A stretch of 7,684 bases of DNA from Candidatus Diapherotrites archaeon CG08_land_8_20_14_0_20_30_16 (GCA_002779075.1 PEXK01000007.1:1-7684); one strand, 5' to 3'. Shown: positions 1 through 6,451, numbered from the stretch's first letter. Made by a program: numbers and translations. Notes: a model not told the origin generated them from the letters alone.

Positions 1-145
1 GATGCCAGATAACACCACTAGGTTCATAGCCAGATGGCAAGTTCGACCCTATATTTGTACCAGTATCTCCTGGCCACGCACTAGCAAAAACTACTGATAA
101 GACAAATAAAGAACATAATATTGTTATTATTAGTTTTTTCATCAT
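1..145 (-). CDS. Exported/secreted protein, N-terminal fragment (gene runs off the left edge)
   Basis: The reverse complement of 1-145 reads MMKKLIITILCSLFVLSVVFASAWPGDTGTNIGSNLPSGYEPSGVIWH and stays open to the window edge (48 codons). A charged n-region, hydrophobic core and ASA motif make a Sec-type signal peptide. An AGGTG Shine-Dalgarno (complement of 148-152) lies 2 nt before the ATG at 145 and 5 nt before the ATG at 142. It is absent from the ORF track because it is truncated. Function of the mature part is unknown. Confidence 0.55.
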   Translation of the reverse strand, partial: MMKKLIITILCSLFVLSVVFASAWPGDTGTNIGSNLPSGYEPSGVIWH

Positions 146-191
146 TTCACCTATAATGCTATATATATTTACATATTCTAAATAGACATAA

Positions 192-203
192 TATTTATAA
201 ATA
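192..203. promoter_or_regulatory. Palindromic TATA-box-like element shared by two divergent genes
   Basis: TATTTATAAATA is a perfect 12-nt palindrome that reads TTTATAAA on both strands. Its centre (197.5) is 53.5 nt from the plus-strand ATG at 251 and 52.5-55.5 nt from the minus-strand ATGs at 145/142. Confidence 0.4.
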
Positions 204-250
204 CATCCCTGTTTAGTTAATATACTTTTTTACTAGTTGGGGGTGCTTTA

Positions 251-874
251 ATGCCTGTTAAAAAGAAATCAAAGAAATTTGTCTCTAGAATCAAGAAATT
301 TTTAAAAAAACATATTACTAGAAAAGCAAAAAATCTACACAAAAAAAGAATTGTGAAAAAAATTAAAAGGATTCCAAAACCAAAGTTCAAGAAGGCAAAA
401 AGGCCTGTAAAAAAACTATTGCATAAAAAACCTTTGAAAAAGAAGTTTAAAGCAAAAAAACCAATAAAGAAAACTAAACAGGTTAAAAAGCAGAAAAAGC
501 AAATCAAGCACAAGCCTTTGAAAACTGTGTTTACTAAACGTGGGGCCCCTTTGAAAAAGGAATTGACTTTGGAAGCAAAGTTAAGAAAGAAGGCAGATGT
601 TTTGAATAAAGCAATGGCAAAAGCCCAAATAACAAAAGAAAAACTATTAGCAAAGAAGTTAGTAAAGACTCTAGAAAAAAAGAAAGAAATAGAAAAAAAG
701 GCTGTAATATCAGAAAAATCAAAAGAACAAAAGAAATTAGAAGAAGAGAAATATTTACAGAAACTAATTGAGAAAAAGAAAAAAGAGCCTACAGATTTTG
801 AGCGCTTTGCAATTCCAGAAACTAATATGGAAGATTATGATGAATATGATTTAGAAGACGAAGGTAACGACTAA
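251..874 (+). CDS. Lysine-rich basic protein with coiled-coil-like middle and acidic C-terminal tail (function unknown; possible nucleic-acid binder)
   Basis: 207-codon ORF. GGGGGTG Shine-Dalgarno at 239-245 lies 5 nt before the ATG, with a TATA-like box about 53 nt upstream. By hand count, 69/207 residues are Lys. P-[VLI]-K-[KT] recurs at aa 52, 61, 71, 89 and 100. The last 29 aa hold 13 Asp/Glu and no Lys. The antisense ORFs are Phe-rich mirror artefacts. Confidence 0.7.
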   Translation: MPVKKKSKKFVSRIKKFLKKHITRKAKNLHKKRIVKKIKRIPKPKFKKAKRPVKKLLHKKPLKKKFKAKKPIKKTKQVKKQKKQIKHKPLKTVFTKRGAPLKKELTLEAKLRKKADVLNKAMAKAQITKEKLLAKKLVKTLEKKKEIEKKAVISEKSKEQKKLEEEKYLQKLIEKKKKEPTDFERFAIPETNMEDYDEYDLEDEGND

Positions 875-883
875 AAGTCAACA

Positions 884-1651
884 TCAAACATTTTTTATTT
901 TATTTCTATTTTCCTTTTCGTTATATGTTAGTTTAGCGCAAATGACTAATGAACTAGGAAAATTATATTTTGTTTCCTTTTGTGACAAATCTTTTAGATT
1001 TGTTAGGGTTAAATTTTCTTTTTTAGAACAGGCACCAGAAACAACAAAAATTTTCCAATCTTTTGTATTAATATTCTTTTCTTTTGCAATTTCCAACAAA
1101 CGAATAGTTGCTTCATATGGTTGCATAAAATATTTGCTTTGTTTGTAGATTTTAATATCTAATAAACAAATTGTGTGTAACCCTAATTCTTTATTTTGCA
1201 GAATGTAATCAAAGAAACTTGTAGGAGAATAATTTTTCTCTTGTTTTACTATTGACACAGTTCTTCCAAATCTGTATTCCTCTAAACCAATTAACATAGG
1301 AATAACTGAAAATATACTTATTCCAGGAATTAGTTCAATTTTTACTTTATTATCTTTAGCTTCATTTATTATTGATGAATGTGTTGTTGCACTTGTTATA
1401 TTCCCAAAAACACAGAAAGCAATATTTTTTGTTTTTGCTTCTTTAATTATTTTTGAAAACCCTTGTTCCGACTCTGCTCTATATATTTTCACAAATTTTT
1501 TCTTTATTTGAGTCTCCAGTTTTTCAATATTATTATCTGCATAATTGCTTGTATAACTTTCTAAATATATTTTATCACACGTTTTCAAAGCGTTTAGTGC
1601 TTCAAAAGTCAATTGATCTTTATTTAATCCCAATCCTATAAAATATAACAT
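884..1651 (-). CDS. dphB: Diphthine synthase (EF-2 diphthamide biosynthesis methyltransferase)
   Basis: The protein starts MLYFIGLGL...CDKIYLESYTS and continues with ..TTH.., IPGIS, YRFGRTVS and PTSFFDY...GLHT..LLDIK. This is the motif order I recall from archaeal diphthine synthases such as Pyrococcus horikoshii (MVLYFIGLGL..., about 265 aa). I place the start at the internal ATG at 1651, not at 1690. That gives the canonical N-terminus, has a GGAG 8 nt upstream, and avoids a 38-nt overlap with the upstream gene. The stop is TGA. Confidence 0.93.
   Translation of the reverse strand: MLYFIGLGLNKDQLTFEALNALKTCDKIYLESYTSNYADNNIEKLETQIKKKFVKIYRAESEQGFSKIIKEAKTKNIAFCVFGNITSATTHSSIINEAKDNKVKIELIPGISIFSVIPMLIGLEEYRFGRTVSIVKQEKNYSPTSFFDYILQNKELGLHTICLLDIKIYKQSKYFMQPYEATIRLLEIAKEKNINTKDWKIFVVSGACSKKENLTLTNLKDLSQKETKYNFPSSLVICAKLTYNEKENRNKIKNV
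891..918 (+). terminator. Possible oligo-T termination tract for the Lys-rich gene, inside the 3' end of convergent dphB
   Basis: TTTTTTATTTTATTTCTATTTTCCTTTT begins 17 nt after the TAA at 872-874. Archaeal termination is commonly associated with oligo-T runs. No hairpin is evident here. Confidence 0.3.
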
Positions 1652-1652
1652 T

Positions 1653-2300
1653 TTAGCATCTCCATACAAAGACAAACTGTCCAGAAACAAAAATTATTAA
1701 ATCTATTGGCATTAAGCCAAAACAATTTGGATTATCGCTTTCTATCTCATTATTGCTTAGGTTTATTCTATATACTATATTTCTACCCAATATAATTATA
1801 GAGTTGTCTTTCAAACAGATTTTTTTTATTTTATCTTCTGAGTCCTCCAATATATGAAAGTTTAATCTATTATCTTTGAGAAAAACAAACTCGCTCCTAA
1901 TTTTAGCAGTTTGCGATATATCATAATCCTCAGGGAGTATTTGTTTCTTTTCAATATCAGTTATTTTATAATTTAACCCTTTGTCATTTAATCTATATTG
2001 ATTTTTAGTCATATAATATAATAGATTGTGCCATGCCTTCTTTCTATCAATCCGTCCTATTTTGCTGTTTTTTTTAAGAAACTTTGTGTCTATTTGTTTT
2101 GTGTTTGTTTTTTCCAAATCCTCTTTCATACGTAGATCTTCATATATCTCAGAAACTAAACCAGAAACTGTTTTTCTGTTTTTTATTACCTCTGGTTTTA
2201 TTTTAATAAGTTCTGCTATTTTATTTTCAACTTTTTTAGCTCTTTTCAAGTCTTTTTCTGCCAATTCTTTTAACTCTGCAGTAATAATATCTAAGTCCAT
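1653..2300 (-). CDS. Hypothetical protein, 215 aa, charged helical N-terminus; no family recognised
   Basis: Long ORF in a stop-rich AT background. It sits 8 nt after the upstream stop and 1 nt before the dphB ATG, so it is probably co-transcribed and translationally coupled. AAGTGG lies upstream of the ATG. I recognise no catalytic or binding motif. Confidence 0.65.
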   Translation of the reverse strand: MDLDIITAELKELAEKDLKRAKKVENKIAELIKIKPEVIKNRKTVSGLVSEIYEDLRMKEDLEKTNTKQIDTKFLKKNSKIGRIDRKKAWHNLLYYMTKNQYRLNDKGLNYKITDIEKKQILPEDYDISQTAKIRSEFVFLKDNRLNFHILEDSEDKIKKICLKDNSIIILGRNIVYRINLSNNEIESDNPNCFGLMPIDLIIFVSGQFVFVWRC

Positions 2301-2308
2301 AATTCCAC

Positions 2309-4096
2309 TTAACTGTAATTTTCAAATCTGATTTTTAATGTTTTATATAAGTAGTTATTGTATTCTAAAACTGCATTGTTGTATGCATTCCAGTCCTGTT
2401 TGTTTTTATTTTCAGTAATCTCTTTACCGAGTATGTCTATCTTTATATCATATTCTTTTAATTCCTTTACTTTATTTGGGCCATAATTTGCTTCTGTATA
2501 CTTTTTGCCTTCAGAAATCTTTTGAAAATCTAATTTATTAGTTATTTCTAATTCGTTTATCAAATAAGAATGTGTGCTTTCAATTAAACACATACTTTTG
2601 TCGTTATAAATTATATTGGAGATTTCGCATGGTACGCTGACTACTGCGTGTGTTAATTTAGATCCTGTATAATCAGCAATTCCACTCGCAATATATGTTT
2701 CGTAACCCAATAGTCCTAAAATTTTCGCAAGTATTAGTGCTTTGTCTAAACAAACTCCTCTCATTAAATATAATGCTTCATAAGGGTAAACGTTTTTCTT
2801 TTCCCAAATGTAGTTATATGGTATTTCTTGAACAAATCTTACAACAACCTCAAAGATCTCGCTATCGCTAAACCCGTATTTGTGCAGGTTGTTGAAATCT
2901 TGTGATATTTTTTCAAGAATTGCAGTGTTAAATTTGTCTTTCAGATATCTCTTGTATGATTCTTTTTCATTGAATTCAAAGCAATATTGGTCTTTCAGCT
3001 GTTTAGAATATAAGTAAAAGTCGTAATACATTTTTATTGAATAAACGAAATGATAATCTTTATAATCAAAATAAAATGTTGAATATGAACTATTAGTGTA
3101 ATCAATTTTTGGTTTTTTTGTGTTTAAAGAACAGTTTTCTAATGGTTTGCTAGGGTCTACAGTATCATTGAATGAGAACTTGTAACTATTTTTTTGTTTA
3201 TAGTTTTGTATTAGTTTGTTTTCATCATATTCTGTTCTTTTGAAAAAGTCTAGTCTTGTGTATGTGTTTTCAAGCAATTCTTTTTCATCTGTTGAATATT
3301 TTTGTTCTGAAATTTTTGAATTGTCCTCCAAAGTGTAAGATATACAATTATTTAAAGAGAATTCCTCCTTTAAACAAAGTTCTTTTAATTTCTGATTTTT
3401 TATATTTTCACAATATTTGTTATCAAGTAGGATTGATGCTAAGCAAAATTGTTTTTTATCATAATTCAAATCAGAACAAATGTTTGTTGTGAATACATTT
3501 TGATGTGTGTTTTTAATATAACATACAAAACACTCTTTTTTGTATTCTGCGTTAAAGCATGTGTTTGAATTGCTTTGTGTTATTGCATAATCTGTTAAAC
3601 ATTTGTTTGTTGCAATTTTATATTCTTCTTTATTACTATCTTCAAATGTTTTAGGAATTAAAAAACAGCAATTTTCATTTTTGTTGCTCTGTGACAATTC
3701 TTCAATACAACCAATTTTTTCTGTGAATGCTTGTTGATTGCAAGTATTCGTTATATTACACAATTTGATTTTATTTTCAAAATCTGTTTTCAAGTATTCG
3801 CAGTCCTTTTTGCACGTAAAATAATTTTCATTTTCTGTTTGTTCACAGGTGTTGTTTCCACAGCAAGGGATTATTTGTTGATGATGACAAATATTTTTAT
3901 CAAAAAGATCTTGTGTACAGGTGTTGTTATCATCACAGGATAGTTTCTGTTCATGTTGTTGTATTATTAAATCTACTTTTTCTTCCATTTTAGAATATTG
4001 GTTGTCGTTGTAATAATCTGGTGCATAAACACAACCAGAAAAATACAACACCACCCCTAAAAGAATAGTTAAAAAGATAATTAAAATATATTTCAT
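2309..4096 (-). CDS. Cys-rich extracytoplasmic protein with C-terminal transglutaminase-like (papain-fold) cysteine protease core; lipobox-like signal
   Basis: The N-terminus MKYILIIFLTILLGVVLYFSGC is a signal sequence ending in a lipobox-like FSGC. There are 22 Cys between aa 54 and 251, including CCGNNTCEQTENENYFTCKKDC. The C-terminus YPYEALYLMRGVCLDKALILAKILGLLGYETYIASG...THAVVSV...CLIEST matches the G-x-C ... H ... D/E-x-T layout of transglutaminase-like cores. Cys449 maps to nt 2750-2752 and His483 to nt 2648-2650. Confidence 0.8.
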   Translation of the reverse strand: MKYILIIFLTILLGVVLYFSGCVYAPDYYNDNQYSKMEEKVDLIIQQHEQKLSCDDNNTCTQDLFDKNICHHQQIIPCCGNNTCEQTENENYFTCKKDCEYLKTDFENKIKLCNITNTCNQQAFTEKIGCIEELSQSNKNENCCFLIPKTFEDSNKEEYKIATNKCLTDYAITQSNSNTCFNAEYKKECFVCYIKNTHQNVFTTNICSDLNYDKKQFCLASILLDNKYCENIKNQKLKELCLKEEFSLNNCISYTLEDNSKISEQKYSTDEKELLENTYTRLDFFKRTEYDENKLIQNYKQKNSYKFSFNDTVDPSKPLENCSLNTKKPKIDYTNSSYSTFYFDYKDYHFVYSIKMYYDFYLYSKQLKDQYCFEFNEKESYKRYLKDKFNTAILEKISQDFNNLHKYGFSDSEIFEVVVRFVQEIPYNYIWEKKNVYPYEALYLMRGVCLDKALILAKILGLLGYETYIASGIADYTGSKLTHAVVSVPCEISNIIYNDKSMCLIESTHSYLINELEITNKLDFQKISEGKKYTEANYGPNKVKELKEYDIKIDILGKEITENKNKQDWNAYNNAVLEYNNYLYKTLKIRFENYS

Positions 4097-4100
4097 ATTA

Positions 4101-4934
4101 TCACTTATAATATTTTTTCATCATTAAAGCATCTTGTTCTAAATTTGGAGATTCACACACAAGGCAACCTTTTACTTTATATTCTTTTAACACATCTAAA
4201 AGGCCTTGCCAATTCATGTCTGATTCTTTTAACACTAAATGGTTTCTTTCTCCTTTCTGAGTGTAGTTTATTCCGGACAGGTGAATGTGCATGTTGTCTA
4301 AAGCAATCCGCCCTAATTTTTTTTCAAGAAGTTCCAACATATTTTCCCATTCTTCTTTAGTGTTATTAGTTCCATTGTATCTTGCATGCAGATGGCTAAA
4401 ATCTATGCAAGGTAGAACCATTTCACAGTCTTCAGACAATTTGATACATTCTTCTAAATCACCAAACTGTGTTTCTTTTCCTGTTGTTTCTGGTCTTACC
4501 CAGATTTCAATTCCTTTATCTTTTATTTTTTTTATTGTTTCTTTCAAATATTTTTTTGTTTGATTGTAAACTACTGATTTTGAATAGCCCATATAAAACC
4601 CAGGATGAAATGTAATCGAATAACCATTAACACTTGCACATGCTTGTGCTGCCTGATAGATTCTATGAACAGATGCATGAACTTTTGCTTTTTCTATACT
4701 TGCTAAATTAACATAATATGATGCGTGTGCAGTAAATATCAAATCCTCTTTTGCATCAATTATTTTTTTTACGAGTGATTTGTCTTTATATTTGAGCCAC
4801 ATACTTTGAACAAATTCTAATTCCATACCGTCAAGTTTTAGTTTTTTTAACTCTTCTATTGCATTTAAGACTGTTCCTTTTGTTGTGCTAGGAAAACCAG
4901 CTGTTAGAAAATTTAGTTTATTTGTCTTTTGCAT
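4101..4934 (-). CDS. nfo: Endonuclease IV family (AP endonuclease family 2, xylose-isomerase-like TIM barrel)
   Basis: The motifs follow the order of the E. coli Nfo metal ligands: HASYYVNLAS (cf. HDSYLINLGH), FHPG (NFHPGSH), RPETTGK (IENTAGQG), CIDFSHLHA (CIDTCHAFA), HIHLSG...GERNH (MHLND...VDRHH), CESP (LETI). It is the first gene of the operon, with a TATA-like box about 53 nt upstream. Confidence 0.78.
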   Translation of the reverse strand: MQKTNKLNFLTAGFPSTTKGTVLNAIEELKKLKLDGMELEFVQSMWLKYKDKSLVKKIIDAKEDLIFTAHASYYVNLASIEKAKVHASVHRIYQAAQACASVNGYSITFHPGFYMGYSKSVVYNQTKKYLKETIKKIKDKGIEIWVRPETTGKETQFGDLEECIKLSEDCEMVLPCIDFSHLHARYNGTNNTKEEWENMLELLEKKLGRIALDNMHIHLSGINYTQKGERNHLVLKESDMNWQGLLDVLKEYKVKGCLVCESPNLEQDALMMKKYYK

Positions 4935-4981
4935 ATTCTCATTAACTCCATTTCATAAAATATTATTTTTCAAATAATATA

Positions 4982-4992
4982 TTTATTTAAAG
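4982..4992 (-). promoter_or_regulatory. TATA-box-like element for the nfo-to-dphB operon
   Basis: The minus strand reads CTTTAAATAAA. The centre is about 53 nt upstream of the ATG at 4934, in an 88-nt intergenic gap. It shares the CTTTAAATA core with the box upstream of the Tyr-rich gene. Confidence 0.4.
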
Positions 4993-5022
4993 TCATTAGA
5001 AGCTCACTTTATCAGTGTCATT

Positions 5023-5988
5023 CTAACGCCACATACTATAATATTTATCAAAATAATTCTCATATTGCTTTGTAACTTCTTCATTATTTATTATAATAAT
5101 AGACTCATTATTATTAAAGTTTCCATTGTTGCTAGGGTTCATTGATCCGGTTATAACTGTGTTTGAGTCCAAAATACAGAATTTGTTGTGCATATGGCTT
5201 GGGTTTTGGTCCCAAATAACTTTTACACCCCCCCTATTTAAATTATTATATTCTGAATATTGCGAGTTTTGACTCTTTTCCATTATTATTTTTATGTCAA
5301 GACCTTCTTTTTGTCTTTGGATTAACTCTTTTGATAACTCGTTATAAGTAAAAGAGAAGAACATACACTTGATACTTTTCTTTGCTTTTTTTGTTTCTTC
5401 AATGTAATAGCTCATGCAATTACTGGGCGAAAAACAAATATCTTTTGTTTTATAACCATAATTAAAATTGCCTTTCCAAAGTTCTTCAAAATATTTTTGG
5501 GTCTCAACAATAAGAATTTTGTTATTTGTTATTATGAAATTGTTATTTTGTTTTTCTAAAGCGTTATATGTAAAATTAGTTGATCCAATTAATAATATAT
5601 TTGAATCAAGAATACAAAACTTGTTATGCATATAATCTTTTGAATTATCTGTTTTGACAAACTCCCACTTTTCTTTATAATTGCCATTATCTGTTATTAT
5701 TCTTGCTTGTTTGTTTTGCATTAAAGAGTAAAACCAATTTAATGTAATGTCATAAACTGCACAATCTATTTTGTTTGTATTTGACAAGTGGTTGTATAGA
5801 ATAATGTTACAATCATCTTCCGGACAAAAATAAACTGTGTACTCCAAATTATTTTGGTTTTGTAATTGCATGTCAGAAGCATAATTCCCTTTAGTATTAG
5901 ACAAATCACAAATAAAATAATAAATAACAATAATTCCAATAATTATAAAAAGTAAAGAAAATAACATTTTTATTAATCTTTTAATCAT
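5023..5988 (-). CDS. Membrane-anchored tandem HKD protein, phospholipase D superfamily, Nuc-endonuclease-like
   Basis: N-terminal TM helix (LFSLLFIIIGIIVIYYFI). It has two HxK(x4)D modules with an identical 11-aa core MHNKFCILDSN (aa 120-130 and 266-276), each followed by GS.N...N...N(N/E). The second half (ICFSPSNC...KKSIKCMFFSFT...GLDIKIIMEK...HMHNKFCILD...ITGSMNPS) is colinear with my recollection of Salmonella Nuc (VGFSPEG...SIRMMAYSFT...GVDVKIVID...IMHDKVIIVD...ETGSFNFT). Confidence 0.85.
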   Translation of the reverse strand: MIKRLIKMLFSLLFIIIGIIVIYYFICDLSNTKGNYASDMQLQNQNNLEYTVYFCPEDDCNIILYNHLSNTNKIDCAVYDITLNWFYSLMQNKQARIITDNGNYKEKWEFVKTDNSKDYMHNKFCILDSNILLIGSTNFTYNALEKQNNNFIITNNKILIVETQKYFEELWKGNFNYGYKTKDICFSPSNCMSYYIEETKKAKKSIKCMFFSFTYNELSKELIQRQKEGLDIKIIMEKSQNSQYSEYNNLNRGGVKVIWDQNPSHMHNKFCILDSNTVITGSMNPSNNGNFNNNESIIIINNEEVTKQYENYFDKYYSMWR

Positions 5989-6029
5989 TATAATAGAATA
6001 ACTTAAGTATTAAAAAACCTACTAAATTA

Positions 6030-6041
6030 AAAATATAAAAA
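6030..6041 (-). promoter_or_regulatory. Possible TATA-like box for the HKD gene
   Basis: The minus strand reads TTTTATATTTTT about 47 nt upstream of the ATG at 5988. It overlaps the T-tract of the upstream terminator, so the assignment is weak. Confidence 0.3.
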
Positions 6042-6079
6042 ATAGAAAACAAAAGGTTGGTTTAATAGTAATACCAACC
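6031..6079 (-). terminator. Hairpin plus T-tract terminator of the Tyr-rich gene
   Basis: The minus-strand RNA would read GGTTGGT-ATTACTATTAA-ACCAACC (7-bp stem, 6055-6061 with 6073-6079). The hairpin spans the last codons and the stop. It is followed directly by TTTTGTTTTCTATTTTTTATATTT. Confidence 0.45.
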
Positions 6080-6451
6080 AAATACATAAGGATTATAAAC
6101 TGGTCTTACTGCTACGTATGTTGGATAATAAGGTGCATAATTTACAATTGCTTGTTGTGCTGGATAGCAGTAATATGTGTTGTAATAGTAATAGCAGCCA
6201 TTGTAAGGTGTATAATAGTTATTGTAGTAACCATTGTAGTAGCCACCATAGTAATAAGAGCTTGTTGCATTATAACTTGGATAATCAGTATAACCTAAAG
6301 TGTGTTTGGTTACATCTACAGTAACATAAGTGCTATTTTCACCATATCCAAATGCGTTGTGTGAATAGGTCACAGCATAACCTGCTGATGCAACATCTAA
6401 TACCAATAAAAATCCCAAAACTAAATATGAAAGTCTAGCAAATAACATCAT
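6062..6451 (-). CDS. Small secreted tyrosine-rich low-complexity protein
   Basis: The ORF has a Sec signal (MMLFARLSYLVLGFLLVLDVASA/GY). GGGGGAT Shine-Dalgarno lies just upstream of the ATGATG. A TATA-like box lies about 52 nt upstream and a hairpin/T-tract terminator downstream. By hand count, 34/129 residues are Tyr. Confidence 0.7.
   Translation of the reverse strand: MMLFARLSYLVLGFLLVLDVASAGYAVTYSHNAFGYGENSTYVTVDVTKHTLGYTDYPSYNATSSYYYGGYYNGYYNNYYTPYNGCYYYYNTYYCYPAQQAIVNYAPYYPTYVAVRPVYNPYVFGWYYY

Noticed and set aside
217-722. Minus-strand ORFs 217-513 (98 aa) and 534-722 (62 aa), both Phe/Leu-rich
   Set aside because: They are the antisense mirror of the AAA/AAG-rich Lys gene, where poly-A reads as poly-T (Phe). 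They have no Shine-Dalgarno or promoter and are pure low-complexity sequence. The plus-strand frame has the Shine-Dalgarno, the TATA-like box and a structured domain layout.
1652-1690. N-terminal extension of dphB (MFLDSLSLYGDAK) implied by the ORF track
   Set aside because: It would overlap the upstream gene by 38 nt. The internal ATG at 1651 gives the canonical MLYFIGLGL N-terminus of diphthine synthases and has an upstream GGAG.
942-4563. Plus-strand ORFs 942-1148, 1453-1641, 2026-2331, 3256-3492, 3731-3943, 4145-4360 and 4285-4563
   Set aside because: All lie antisense within well-supported minus-strand genes. They are short, hydrophobic or low-complexity, lack start-site signals, and two of them overlap each other.
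6164-6256. Tyr/Asn-rich core as a diversity-generating retroelement variable region (AAY to TAY changes)
   Set aside because: There is no reverse transcriptase and no second template-repeat copy in the window. The residue spectrum is almost only Tyr/Asn/Gly, not the broad spectrum expected from adenine mutagenesis.
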